Part shown: piece after piece, positions 50,507 through 64,000 of the stretch
How the letters are laid out: the number at the start of each line of letters is the position of its first letter
How positions within the stretch are numbered: position 1 is the first letter of the stretch
NCBI RefSeq assembly: GCF_001194135.2
Contig: NC_068981.1
Span: forward strand, 60,174,973-60,238,972
DNA length: 64,000 bases
Origin: Octopus bimaculoides
Taxonomy: Eukaryota
Direction of reading: 5' to 3'
The notes under the pieces: generated by a model
The model's database searches: none
Seen by the model: only the letters and a program-made list of their open reading frames with translations
What the model was told of the DNA's origin: nothing
Program-made: the position numbers and the translations under genes

Positions 50507-52146
50507 GTCGACGGTGACAGCTCCTTCTGAGAGTTTTGCTTCCTTCTTGATTTATGTCGGTGCTCCTGATGGCTGGCAAGGCCAATTGTTGCGCTGGACA
50601 ATTGTGTACAGAGGTCATATCTGAAGGTAGGTGAAGTTGGAGCTAACAGGAACTTAGTCGTAGACGTTTACTTCATTCTCTCTACGATCTTCCTCAAAAT
50701 GTTTTATGTCGAACTTGATGTGATGCTACGTTGTTATTATCTTCTGCCTGTTGTTCTCAGTTTTTAGTGAGTGAGGTTGGTGCTTTTCATCGTTTCACTT
50801 AGTCTTTGTAGTGTTACATGAGGAAGTCACATGCTGATTTCCATGAACTATTTGGTTTCTCACATTCGCAAAATGATTTTGAACAGCCTCGTACAAAAGG
50901 ATGTTCTCTGGACCAGTCGATTTTCTTTCTTTCATCCTTTTGGTGGCATCGCTGAATTTATGAAAAAATTGGTATTTTCGATATTTATGGCTGTGAAAGA
51001 TGCTGAGGAATGAATTGAGAACATTTTTATCGGCTGAAGCTCGTGTTTCGCAGTTCAGTTCTTTGGTAAAAGCATAGAACCTCTGAGCGTTTGTATATCG
51101 TTGAAGCTCAATATCTTTTTCTATCCATTAGTTGTTTGAAATCTTTGATCCTAGTTTGAGATACCCTTTTTGAGGTCTTGGAAGCATATTTCCTTCATGC
51201 ATAGGGCTGAATCATTTACAAGAGATAGACGAAGCATATATTTTAATACACACGAATTTTGAAATTTCTTCGTTATTTTTGTCGAACAAATACTAGGCCT
51301 TCCTTTTCGTCGAAGTAATATTGGATAAACATTTTTTCCGACGCGCTAACAATTCTACTAGATCGCCATTCATATCTGAAGGAGTGTCGCAAATGATGGC
51401 TGGACGGGGATTGGCTTAGCCAAGCTAAAATAATGAAATCACACAATACATATTATTTAATGATGGTGACTGTGGGATTCTATAGGATTTGAGGATCAAT
51501 GGTGGGAATCAATATTTATGAGACCCTTCGAATAGTTTCGCTCTGCAACTCACAAAAACACATACATACAAGCAAACACAGACATACGCATGACTATAAG
51601 TGTGTGCGCGCGCGTGTGTATGCGTGTGTGTGTGTACATGTATGTGCATGTGTATGTGAGTGTGTGTGTGTGTGTGTGCGTGCGTGCGCGCGTGTGAATG
51701 CGTGTGTTTTTTATACGTATATGTGTTGTTTGGCCGAGTGATTACGGAATAGCTTTTATTCGTATCAGCCAGGTACCGGATTCAGTTAGACTATAGCATC
51801 TCGGGCCGGCATCATTTTCTTTAGCATCGAGTTACCCATACTTTGTAAATGGAATCTAGGAAACAGAAACATTACCGAAAGCCATCGAACAGGTTTCACT
51901 CATAATTCCAAAGGTACAGTTGATTCTAGTTGAGAATTACTTAAAGNNNNNNNNNNNNNNNNNNNNNNNNNNNNNNNNNNNNNNNNNNNNNNNNNNNNNN
52001 NNNNNNNNNNNNNNNNNNNNNNNNNNNNNNNNNNNNNNNNNNNNNNNNNNNNNNNNNNNNNNNNNNNNNNNNNNNNNNNNNNNNNNNNNNNNNNNNNNNN
52101 NNNNNNNNNNNNNNNNNNNNNNNNNNNNNNNNNNNNNNNNNNNNNN

Positions 52147-52309
52147 TCCCGGCTTTGAGTAAAAGAAAACAGATTTTATTCAACATATTCCCCTCTCAGA
52201 TTTACACACATTGCAGCGAGTTTTCAGTTGTTTTTTTTTAACGTCTTATAAAAGAACCCGGGCCTTTCTCGATACACTTAAAGCCAGGACATTTTCAGCA
52301 CTCCCTCTA
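52147..52309. mobile_element. Probable mariner-derived MITE (left end in gap)
   Basis: tcccggcttt at the gap edge is complementary to aaagccagga within aaagccaggacattttcagcactccctc-TA (52280-52309). Confidence 0.45.
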
Positions 52310-53048
52310 TTGTTTTAGTTTTTTCAAATCATCTTGATCCTCTTGAATTGATTTCTGAGAGATCTTCGATCAGTATGTTCATCAATACACTTCGAGCGAT
52401 ATCCTCAGTTAGAAAGACCAAATATGACTCCTTCATTTTACCATGTAGGATCTGCTCTCGGGCCTGTTGTCCGGAAGAAATACAAAGTAAACTTTTAATG
52501 CAGAATAATTATTAAACTTAATCCTCTAAACATGGCATCCATGTTTCTTTTATGTCGGTTCAGTGCTTATTGTTAATTTTATTATCAAAAACAAAGAGGT
52601 AAGTTGTTCGGTCAACAAACCCAGTAGAAAACGAATTAATGGAAGTAATTGAATATTGCTCACACTCATGATTACTTAATCCTTTTACTATGCATCTCAA
52701 ATCAGCTCTTACAAGTAAGTTGCTTGAGAAGCTAATGCCAAAAATATATCGCCATTATATAGTAATATACACGGTAACGAAAACAGCTTACGGCGAGATG
52801 GATGATTTGTATATAAATATAAAAAAATGTTATTTAAATTATCTCGTATCCCAAGGAACTGTCTTTTATTTAATACACGACCTGTTCCTTTATATTTTAC
52901 TATTTCTATTGTTGAATTTTTACAGCAATTCTAATCCAAGTATATCTTTCATTCTGTCTTTGTTGTCTTAACATATGAGTATGTATTCAACAGTATTCTG
53001 CAAGAATTTATTCTTGTTTACTTGCTGCAGTGTATTGCTATACGTTTT

Positions 53049-53093
<45 letters not shown>

Positions 53094-53710
53094 GTGTGTG
53101 CGTATTCATGTTCATGTTTAAGAGTGTTTTTAACATGGTGACGCTTCATATCTGTGCGCGTATACAGAGATGGCACTGATTGTGTGTGTGTGTGTGTGTG
53201 TGTGTAATTGTGCTTTTGTGCTTATGTATGTGTGTGGCTGCACAATTGCGCATATGTATGTATATTGGTGCGTGTGCCTCCAAGATTTTTTGCTTATCTC
53301 CGCACCATATGCCGAGATTAGCAGAAAGTCTCTTTCTACTCCCTCAAATCCTATTTTTCAAACAATCTCCTGATTACATTGCGAAACTGAACTGTTCTAT
53401 TCTCATATCATTTTACTTTAAGTGTCTTGGCTGTCAATTTTGCTTCAGTTCTTAATTACATTTCTTTTTTTTTTCTTTTTCCACGTCGTATTTTGTTTCT
53501 AATGATACTTTACTAAGTATCTTCTATCAGTCTTTTTCACCAAGTTATTTGTCCGCTTTTGGTTTATCTGCATTGTGGCAAACCTCTTTTCTTACTACAC
53601 CGACTACGGCCTTGTTTCGGTTATTTAACGCCAGTAGAGAAATAAGTGACAAATGTCACGGGACTGTCATTTGTTCTGTATTTTTTATTATCTTATTTCA
53701 TACGCATACA

Positions 53711-53778
<68 letters not shown>

Positions 53779-53913
53779 NNNNNNNNNNNNNNNNNNNNNN
53801 NNNNNNNNNNNNNNNNNNNNNNNNNNNNNNNNNNNNNNNNNNNNNNNNNNNNNNNNNNNNNNNNNNNNNNNNNNNNNNNNNNNNNNNNNNNNNNNNNNNN
53901 NNNNNNNNNNNNN

Positions 53914-53946
<33 letters not shown>

Positions 53947-54469
53947 GTATACCTATTTTGCTTTGCTGTGTTTCTATCCCCTGAAGTTGGCAGGAATCCC
54001 ATTAATATTTTGTTCAAATTGGTCTAATTTCATGGGTACATTCTCTGCCTCTGTTATTCCTACACTCATGTTAAACCTAGTGTAGCGGTCGTCGCCTTTT
54101 AAGTTTTCTATTTCTTGTTCAGTTTCTCTTACGTCCAGAGCCAATATATAACTAGTGTGTTTTACAGATTACGCCTGCCTTTTACATATCTGTTCTATCA
54201 CTGGTTCTAAGTTGACAATCTTAGCATTAATATTAGTACCACTATTATCGTTGCTGTTGTTGATTATCTTGTTCTTTTGATATGGGAAAGACGCACTTCA
54301 ACATGCTCGTATATTTTATTGTTTTAACTGTATTTTAAAGATTTATGCTAGGAAATTTCCAAGAAGCTGATTAGAGTCGTGGAGAGATTATTAGTTCCAT
54401 TTTGTATCACCCTTTGTGGATTTTTCTTGCTAAGACGTTTTCAACTGTCAGACAGTACTGGCTAGAGTT

Positions 54470-55130
54470 CTCTAATGCGCCATTGTGGACAAGGAGAAAC
54501 AGTATCAGCTCATCTAGATCATATATAAACAGGGTATTGTGTAGGATAGCAGATAGGTGTAGTAGAGGGCGTCTACAATTCGAATTGGCTGACTACACAC
54601 AGCACAAATTTGTGATTTGTACAGTTGACCCAGATACGCTGCATAAACAGTGACACATTTAATGGAAATGAACGTGTCGTTTCCTGCACGCCGAGTTTAT
54701 AGAGACCTGGTTAAGGATCTAGTTAAAAAGGCATTGATGTTATGAATCATCAAACACTGATGGTCATTAGCTCTAAAATGGTCTTTTAGTTTAAATTTCC
54801 ATAAAGCTTAGAAAGGAAATAACGAAAAAGGATTTTACAATAGATGAAAAGCTACTTAGTAAAGACGAAGAAGTTGTAACTGATATGCTGGCGGCGAGAC
54901 AGGACATTGACCTACTCTTTAACGCTAAACACAGAAGTTGCATAGTCAGAGCTAGGGTGAATGCTCTAAGGCAAGAGGGAACGAAAGCCGTTCACTTGTT
55001 CTGGTGGTAGAGACACCAGGAGGGAGGCATGCTTCTTCATTTCAGACAACTGTATCTAGCTTTTCAATGTCACATCGGTCCACAGTTTGGGTTGGACGGT
55101 GAGTTTGAGAGAGAAATAGACTTTATTACC
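54470..55130 (+). mobile_element. Possible L1/Tx1-clade LINE ORF2 relic (endonuclease-RT linker)
   Basis: LFNAKHRSCIVRARVNALRQEGTKAV near 54915-54990 and a WKMN-like stretch near 54660; heavily frameshifted. Confidence 0.4.
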
Positions 55131-56785
55131 TACCTTGACGATCTACTGCGGCTCTAGCATAGTGATGTAGTTTTCTGCGACAGATCAACAACAGACGACA
55201 AAATATGACAAAAGTCTGAAAAACTGAATAGAAGTACGTACATTTCCTACTCATTTACATTAACAACTTCGAAAAAGCAGAAATATTTTGTCATTGTTTA
55301 ATGCAAAAGGAGAGACGATTGTTTCAATGTAGCAATGAAGACAAAATGAATAGTTTGCCCTCATTTCATTTTGTAGCGAATTCGTGTAGTTAAAACCTGA
55401 TTAACTCCGTTGTTTGTAGCTCCTGCAAACACTTGGTATTATAAATTATAAATTACCTTTCCGTACTTACTAGTTATTATTAGAACTACTGTTTATGTTC
55501 AGTTGATTTACTTAGTCGTATACTTAAGTACTAGTGCACTTCAATTGAACTCGAAAGCCGTAAAACAATTATGAAACACATGATAGATCATATGCTTTAA
55601 TTAACTCAGTAGCATAAAATATGTGTAGCTATGTGCTAAAATTGTGTTGAAGAAGTTTATTGTATTGTTGTGAGGAAATATGCGCCTGACAACTTGAAGA
55701 TTGCTTTTACGATGTCCTTGGCAGGTCTCATTCTACTCTGATCTACGCATTCTCTGGGGAAAAAAATTATTTTTTTAGTCGATACTATACGTTTATATCT
55801 CTGAACAATTGATTTAGGATATTAGACTGCTGCTGCCAACTCTACTAGATAAATGAATATTTAAAGGCGAACGAAGCACATTAAATGAACTAGAATTTTC
55901 ATTCAGAGAATTTACAGGTCATGCTTTATTCTCTGTTTAACATTTTCATTCGTGTTTATATTTCCCTTGTCTATGATCCTTTCTGTTTTAAAGAAAATAA
56001 AACAGGAATATGGGATGTACAAACATAATACAAAGGCAAAAGAAGAGTGGATGGGGTAAAATGAGGTGACTTCAATTTTAGCTTGCTAAGTACGTGATAT
56101 TTTCTGTACAGCTGTTGAAAATCACAGCTTAATTTGTTTAAACCACACATTATTTGTAAAAAAGAAAAGAAAAAAAAAAAAGAAATTTTCATTCGTGCGT
56201 CGACGCCCTAGATGTTCCTTTGTATTAGAAAAGTATGCTCAGTTGATTTAACCCATTACATTACTGCATATTTTAGCTATCCTGATATTTTTTGAAGCAA
56301 GTCTTACTAGAAAATACTTGGTCTGATTTGAACGCAGAGTTACCCAACTAGGCAGTTACGTTTCAATCTTGCCCACCTCTGATACTTTTATAACTAAGAA
56401 AATTGTAAGATTCGCTAATCATCGTTAGTTACCTTCGTTAAAAAATTTGTTGTATAAAAGGGTTATGGATAACAAAGTCAGTCGAGCGTAAAACAAAATA
56501 CGTTGCGTCTCGAGCCTGGTAATGCCCTGAACAAGCACTTGGTAATGTTATATGTCTGTAGTAGAACTTCGTCCCCCTTTAGTTGGATTAACTAATACAG
56601 CTTTGTTGGGCTAACATAAACTATGTTAATGCATAATCTCAGATTAAACAAACTTAAAACAGTCAAATCCCTTGTCGTTTTCAGAGACTTTTACTTATCT
56701 TCTAGAAAATTCTGGAAATAAACCTTCATTGCTTGGAGACACAAAGCAGGCTATGAAAACCTACCTAGCCACATGTCTTCATAGC

Positions 56786-56906
56786 AAAAACAGACCGATA
56801 GAATAAGTACTAGGCTTACAAAGAATAAATCCTGGGGTCGATTTGCTCGACTAAAACCGGTGCTCCAGGATGGCCGCAGTCAAATGACTGAAACAAGTAA
56901 AAGAGT
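56786..56906 (+). mobile_element. SINE family B, 3' fragment
   Basis: gaccgatagaataagtactaggcttacaaagaataaatcctggggtcgatttgctcgact..gaaacaagtaaaagagt. Confidence 0.9.
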
Positions 56907-57860
56907 NNNNNNNNNNNNNNNNNNNNNNNNNNNNNNNNNNNNNNNNNNATATATATATTTGTTTCTTACAACCTCTGCTTGGCAAACGTGTGTGGATCGT
57001 GCTGCATATTTCGGGGATAGCAATAGCAGAATGAGCTGTTGTGTGGGCTCTGAATGAACGATTTGTTGTGCTGGATGCTTTTGAATGGTATTTCTGTTAG
57101 CTATATATCATTGACATAACAGACAACCACAAGACCAAGGCCTTCATCTATGACGCCAACAAAATTACAATCAATCAGATGGTGCGTAGCAGTTTTAAAT
57201 ACTATGGTTATCGTTCCTTTTCTATAATTTCAGACATATCAACGAGTAAGGAATCCTTACCTATGAGGAAATTATCTAGTTAAACAATACAATTATTCAT
57301 AACTGACTTTCACAAACGCCTGTCAAACGTATGTGTGTGTGTGTGCGTATGTGTTTGTGTGTGTGCGTGCTAATTTTTGTATTTACCTCAGGAGAGCAAA
57401 CAACTAAATAACGCGTTAACACAAGACAGAGGCACGGATATCTATGTACATATTGATATGCGGATGGGTGTTTATCAAGTGTTAGGTTTCCTTTATCAAT
57501 CAATAAATTTTGGCGATGTATTTCATTTTCCTTTTACTTTTCCATTCAGTAACCATGCAACACCTTTGTGTTTCCAAAGGAGACTGATCCATATCTCGTG
57601 ACTGTTATGCAGTTTTGTTAATTTACTTTTCACCAGTCTACCTCAGAGTTTCATTATACAGCTAGGACATTCATTAAACAATAAAAGCAGAGCCATGGTA
57701 ATTTTCGTTTTTTATATTAAAAAAAAAAGATACAAATAAAAATATTTCTTGTTAAGAACAATCATGACATGGTCGATATTCAGTTGCTTCAACAATCGTA
57801 AATAACATTCACCAATTTTCAGATAATGATCACGTATTCAATTGTTCCTTATAAAAACCA

Positions 57861-57892
<32 letters not shown>

Positions 57893-59026
57893 TATTTTGG
57901 CTTTGTAATGTAAACAAGGTACAGCTTTTCAACGACGGCTGCACTTGTAAGCTTGTCATAGAGAAATTGGGGCTGCAAGTGATGGGAAAATGCATCTATT
58001 CAACCAAATGACTTCTAGCCTGGTTAAATTATCAACGAAATCTATTAAAATCACTGCCAAAATGTATTAAACTAAGAATGAAAAATTCGACAATATAGTT
58101 TTAGCGTGCAGGACGGTCACGTTTGGAACACTTGTAATCATTGAGCAATCTCAGTCAGAACCAATCTGGAGCTAAACAACAACCACAACAACTAAGCTTG
58201 CAAACTGAGTAGATTGTCAAAGACCAGAGTATGGACATATCCTCTTAGTCGCCTCGTCTTTCAGCGTCATTCCTTGGCTATTATGTTGAATGCGATTATT
58301 TCCCTTTCTTTTTCAAAAATGTTCGACTGCGACTGGTTTTTCTGTTTCACCACAGATAACGAATTCATGTTATCCGTTTCGTCTTACTTTACGACGGCAG
58401 CTGATCTTGGCTTTATATTCTTCTTAGGTCTTAGTTGGCATAGCGCAGAAATGAACGCTACTCAGAAAGGAGCCTTTAATTATGAACGAAAAAACATTAA
58501 TCCATAAGAAAGTTATTTTCTCTAACTAAATGTTTTTACAAGACAATGAGACACAAATATACGCATTGATTAAATGTTAAGGTAAAGTAGGTTTATTAGC
58601 AAGCAAGCGTTAGTCAAAGCCTTGGATTAGTCAAGCTACATGTACCCTGGTTGCAGCGTAACAAACCGGCTGCGTCACGATTTGTGGAATTACTAGAGAG
58701 AATATCATTCGGCATGGACAACGGAATGAGAACAATATACTTCTTTAGATTTAATAAATATTTCGGTTCCAAATTCTGAGAGCATTACTGAATGTAACAG
58801 GGGTCTAAAGAATGCCGGAGGCTACAAGGGTCGAAATGCAATTATAACAGCCAGGATGAGAAAACTACTCCTAATACATCAGTGTATCACAGCCCTAATA
58901 TACTTAATATAAAGTGTAAAATGAAAAGCTTAATTACTCCCACTTTGAACAGGAGCGAAGCCACTGAATTGGTAATGTGTGATACTGTACCCAGTCATTT
59001 GCTATTTCGGACATATACAGATGATT

Positions 59027-59070
<44 letters not shown>

Positions 59071-60281
59071 TCCTTCTTTTTTTCTTTTTTAATACACAAT
59101 TGTATTTTAATGATTTCTATATAATGATATTTACTGTTGTATTTACCAATTCGTCCGAGAAAATGAAGTGAATGATAATATAATTAAGCAATCTCTCTTA
59201 CTAATGAGGATGCTTATTCATTCTACTTTTATTACTTATATACTTCTTATATACTCATCGTGCGAGAAAACTGAGAGTAACTCAGCCTTATTCGTTATGG
59301 AATATACAATTGGTTTTCTTGTTAATTTCAGTAGAGATTAAGTTTCTCAGACATTTTCCTTCTGGCTTCAGGTGAGTTAAGCCTAAGCCTATTTCCATGG
59401 TAACATATGATGCAAAGAACAGTGTAATGAAAGTTTCTTTGTTGTGAACGTTCATAATCCCTTACGTTTAATAAGAGGAATTTAAATATTGATTTCAAGA
59501 TAATTATGTTGAAAAATATGCGCAAAATAACATCTAAGTATTAGTTTAAGATTTTTGTCACGTTGTCGAGGCTTTTCCTTGCAACAATAGCTTTGAGAAA
59601 GAGTAATCAAAATGACAAGATCTCTCAAAAAATCCTCTTGAGGAAAACGCGCATACAAGATGCAAGCGCACAAATTGTCATAAATATGTACATACTCTCC
59701 CGTGCATATGTCAATATAAGCTGCGTGTACAAGTAAAAGATGTTTAATTTCAATGAATCTGTTTGCCACATGTATTAATGGCGTTGTTTTCTCCATGCTT
59801 CTCTGCCTAAGTTATTCTTCTAGCCCATTCCCCCACTAAAAAAAAAGGGAATAAAAAACAAAATAACAAAATAAAATAGCAACAACATATAACGCAGATG
59901 AAAATACGAAAGTGGTAAACGAAAGTAATAAATGAATTTTTTGTTCAACTACCCATAATGAAATGAATTAATTGTACAGAAATTATTTTAACAGGGAAAT
60001 ATTAGCTTAAGGACGGACTAAATAGAAGAAAGATAGAGAATACCGATGCAACGAGAGAATTCGGGCATCAGTAATAGAAAAATGGAAAGTGAGAGAAAAA
60101 AGCAGGAACATATAACTGGAAAACGTAATGATTCAGGAACATTGAGGACTTAGAACAAATATGCTGATTCATTGTGAAATGAAACCACCTAAAATTCTTA
60201 AACAACTTTCATGATTACCATTAATAGCAAGGTCGAAAATTTAATACACTTGAAGCTTACTATTTATATGCACCTTATATA

Positions 60282-60631
60282 GTGGAGACGCAATGATACA
60301 GTGGTTAGGGCAGCGGACTCGCGGTCATAGGGTTTCGATTCGCAGACCGGGCGTTGTGAGTGTTTATTGAGCGAAAACACCTAAAGCTCCACGAGGCTCT
60401 GGTGGAGGATGGTGACGAACCCTGCTGTACTCTTCCACCACAACTTTCTCTCACTCTTACTTCCTGTTTCTGTTGTGCCTGTAATTCAAAGGGTCGGCCT
60501 TGTCACACTGTGTCACGCTGAATATCCCCGAGAAGTACGTTAAGGGGTACACGTGTCTGTGGAGTGCTCAGCTACTTGCACGTTAATTTCACGAGCAGGC
60601 TGTTCCGTTGATCGGATCAACTGGAACCCTC
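60282..60631 (+). mobile_element. tRNA-derived SINE family C
   Basis: Head ggagacgcaatgatacagtggttagggcagcgg..ggtttcgattc; the body is near-identical to 19756-20046. Confidence 0.9.
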
Positions 60632-61219
60632 NNNNNNNNNNNNNNNNNNNNNNNNNNNNNNNNNNNNNNNNNNNNNNNNNNNNNNNNNNNNNNNNNNNNN
60701 NNNNNNNNNNNNNNNNNNNNNNNNNNNNNNNNNNNNNNNNNNNNNNNNNNNNNNNNNNNNNNNNNNNNNNNNNNNNNNNNNNNNNNNNNNNNNNNNNNNN
60801 NNNNNNNNNNNNNNNNNNNNNNNNNNNNNNNNNNNNNNNNNNNNNNNNNNNNNNNNNNNNNNNNNNNNNNNNNNNNNNNNNNNNNNNNNNNNNNNNNNNN
60901 NNNNNNNNNNNNNNNNNNNNNNNNNNNNNNNNNNNNNNNNNNNNNNNNNNNNNNNNNNNNNNNNNNNNNNNNNNNNNNNNNNNNNNNNNNNNNNNNNNNN
61001 NNNNNNNNNNNNNNNNNNNNNNNNNNNNNNNNNNNNNNNNNNNNNNNNNNNNNNNNNNNNNNNNNNNNNNNNNNNNNNNNNNNNNNNNNNNNNNNNNNNN
61101 NNNNNNNNNNNNNNNNNNNNNNNNNNNNNNNNNNNNNNNNNNNNNNNNNNNNNNNNNNNNNNNNNNNNNNNNNNNNNNNNNNNNNNNNNNNNNNNNNNNN
61201 NNNNNNNNNATCACACACA

Positions 61220-61273
<54 letters not shown>

Positions 61274-62811
61274 TACATACATATATTGATGTGTCTGGGG
61301 AGAGACATTCTGTTTTAATGCCTTATTAATTAAAACACGCACCGGTTCGATTTCTGTTTTGGAAAATCAAATATGGGAAACAGAGAGAGAAACAGAGAGA
61401 GAGACAGAGAGACAGAGAGAGAGAGAGAGAGAAATAGAGAGAAGAGAACAAAAATTAAATGAGTGGTTAGGAGAGCGACAGAAAAAGCTGAAAGACAGTC
61501 AGGTATTTGTTGAGTGAGAATGAGAAAAAGATAGTGAGATGAAACTAGATTCAAGCATAAAAATAAATGTATTTTGTTAAACCTCAGGGTGTGAAAATAT
61601 CATTGAAACTAGGAATAGTAAATGCCGTTTCATACGAATGTATGTAAGCAGTTAGATGTAGAATAGCTGTGGGACTTGCAGACAGGAAAAGATAAAGACA
61701 GAGAGGAAAACAAAGAAAGGAAAACGGAGAGAGAGAGAGAGAAACAGAGAGAAGAGGTGACAGAAATGAGTGGATGAAGCTGAATGGTGATATTTGCGCG
61801 CTATGATCTCCAATCTATTCGAAGCACTTATAGATAGCCTCTGTAGTCGATTATTGATTATGGAATCTCGGATTGTCTATAAATAGACAGACAGAGTTCT
61901 CTGTCGGACAACAGTTAGCGTAAATGAGCGAACGAACATGTACGGATAATACTAAGGATATGGCTGAATTACTGGAAACGAATGTATGTATGTATGTATG
62001 TATGTATGTATGCATGTATGTATGTATTATGTAAAATACGTATTCGATAAGTCGCGCGGAGCAGGAGAGGACTTTGGACGAAATGGGTGTACGGAGTTAG
62101 TGACCAGTATATTTTAAGAATTTTTCCTTTTCCTTTAGTACTACTGTAATTTCATAGAGGGGAGATTAAGACAGAAAAAGAGAATGGACTGAAGGAATCA
62201 GATTGGTAGAGAGGAGAGAGGAGAGACTGAAGAGTAATATATAAGGAAAAACAGATACCCCAGTAAAGAATATGCATACACACACGCACACATGCACACA
62301 CACACACACACACACACCCACCCACACACATATTATAGGTAAGTGCAGGCAGGCAGTATCCAGAGAACGACTACAGGAATTACAACTTGTACATCATATA
62401 ATATTTACACGTCCCCTACATCATACATAACTATGGCGATAGAATGCATTCAACGTTAGCATGTTCCATGAGCTGTATGAGTAATATAATTATGCATACA
62501 TACAAGCCGAAATACATAAGCATAAATATGTGCACAAGTATATACGCATCTCGTAATATACACATACACACATATGTATGTCTTTTTTAATGCATGTGTC
62601 TATGATGTACGGGAGATATAAATGACTATGATATGTCTCTTATAACTCAGTTAGCGGTTTATTTCTCTCCTACATCCTATACCGACCTACTAAATACACA
62701 GTAAGCACCTACATCCACACTAGAAACACTGATTTATATTCACTTTGATATATTCACGTACACACACACACACACAAACACACACATAGACACACACACA
62801 CGCACGCACAT

Positions 62812-62864
<53 letters not shown>

Positions 62865-63814
62865 GAGTCAAATCGAACATTAAAAAAGTAACAAAAAACA
62901 AAACAACAAGAGGACGTGCATATGTATNNNNNNNNNNNNNNNNNNNNNNNNNNNNNNNNNNNNNNNNNNNNNNNNNNNNNNNNNNNNNNNNNNNNNNNNN
63001 NNNNNNNNNNNNNNNNNNNNNNNNNNNNNNNNNNNNNNNNNNNNNNNNNNNNNNNNNNNNNNNNNNNNNNNNNNNNNNNNNNNNNNNNNNNNNNNNNNNN
63101 NNNNNNNNNNNNNNNNNNNNNNNNNNNNNNNNNNNNNNNNNNNNNNNNNNNNNNNNNNNNNNNNNNNNNNNNNNNNNNNNNNNNNNNNNNNNNNNNNNNN
63201 NNNNNNNNNNNNNNNNNNNNNNNNNNNNNNNNNNNNNNNNNNNNNNNNNNNNNNNNNNNNNNNNNNNNNNNNNNNNNNNNNNNNNNNNNNNNNNNNNNNN
63301 NNNNNNNNNNNNNNNNNNNNNNNNNNNNNNNNNNNNNNNNNNNNNNNNNNNNNNNNNATATATATATATATGTATATATGCATATATATATAATTATATT
63401 TCGCTTAGGCATAGTGATACTAGCAAACTGCAGTTAGAACTCAATCTACACGTGCTTCAGAATAATGCATTAGTCGAGTTCAGAGCGTTATGTGAAACTG
63501 AATAAATGAAAAAGGAGCAAGAAATTATGTTATCACTTTCATCAGCTTACAGCTGTTTCCACTATAAGATTCAGAGCACTAAAATTTGAGTGCTTGCGCA
63601 TCACCTTATAACTTCATTTTTGGAACTTCAAGAAAGTTATGTGTGTCTATGTGAGAGAGATTTTGTGTGAAAGTGTGTTTCTTTGTGACTGTTTCTATCT
63701 GGGTATAAAAAAGGAAACAAGAAATTCTGTTTATAAATTATTTAGTTGCATCCTGTTACATTTGTTTTGTTAATTGTTATAATAATCCTAACTGCTATAG
63801 GCAGACGGTGGAGA

Positions 63815-63898
63815 GGTCTTATCGATTTCATCGAGCTCAGTACTCAACTGGTATTTGATTTCTCGACCTCGAAAGGCAAAAGTGACTTCAGTGAAATA
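63815..63898 (-). mobile_element. SINE family A fragment
   Basis: atcgatttcatcgagctcagtactcaactggtatttgatttctcgacctcgaaaggcaaaagtgac. Confidence 0.65.
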
Positions 63899-63913
63899 TT
63901 ATTATTATTATTA

Positions 63914-63991
<78 letters not shown>
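63899..63991. repeat. (ATT)n microsatellite
   Basis: Direct reading. Many more simple repeats occur, e.g. (TA)n 2596-2650, (GA)n 21762-21810, (CA)n 22229-22279 and 38925-39003, (TG)n 43485-43585, (CATA)n 50435-50506, (TATG)n 61982-62025. Confidence 0.97.
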
Positions 63992-63992
<1 letters not shown>

Positions 63993-64000
63993 GTCCTTCT

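Noticed and set aside
53549-54085. ORF ending LKLAGIPLIFCSNW, resembling SLC6 TM2 (xAGIPLFFLE)
   Set aside because: No GAFLIPY upstream, no E...GQ downstream, no phase-1 acceptor, and the ORF runs through microsatellite and a gap.
58214-58507. Hydrophobic ORF and a tttcag acceptor giving ASFLGYY in phase 1
   Set aside because: It does not continue as SLC6 sequence and closes at a stop; no family motif.
61870-61910. TATAAA inside a small palindrome, next to GACAGA-GTTC-TCTGTC
   Set aside because: Six-bp stems and TATA strings are expected by chance in AT-rich DNA; no associated gene.

Overview
AT-rich, microsatellite-dense animal genomic DNA with 16 N-gaps, almost all bordered by simple repeats. 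The SINE families look like those of octopus (coleoid cephalopod); this is an inference from recalled repeat consensi, not a search. Only one host coding exon is supportable: the first coding exon of an SLC6 (neurotransmitter:sodium symporter) gene of amino-acid-transporter type (41227-41527, +). It ends at the conserved NGG-G phase-1 intron, and no second exon is visible in the remaining 22 kb. The rest is transposon-derived: three tRNA-headed SINE families, a full-length dead mariner with an in-frame 21-bp expansion, several R4/Dong-like LINE relics, Penelope-like relics and a probable Tx1-like relic. The most unusual object is a 452-bp insertion (9499-9950) flanked by a 13-bp target-site duplication. 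It has two 117-bp inverted arms, each with a minimal type I hammerhead ribozyme fold, around a tRNA-derived Pol III head and an (AAT)n tract. A 114-nt near-perfect hairpin (15387-15500) and several other degenerate hammerhead motifs also occur. Nearly all ORFs in the supplied track are artefacts of microsatellites or gaps.
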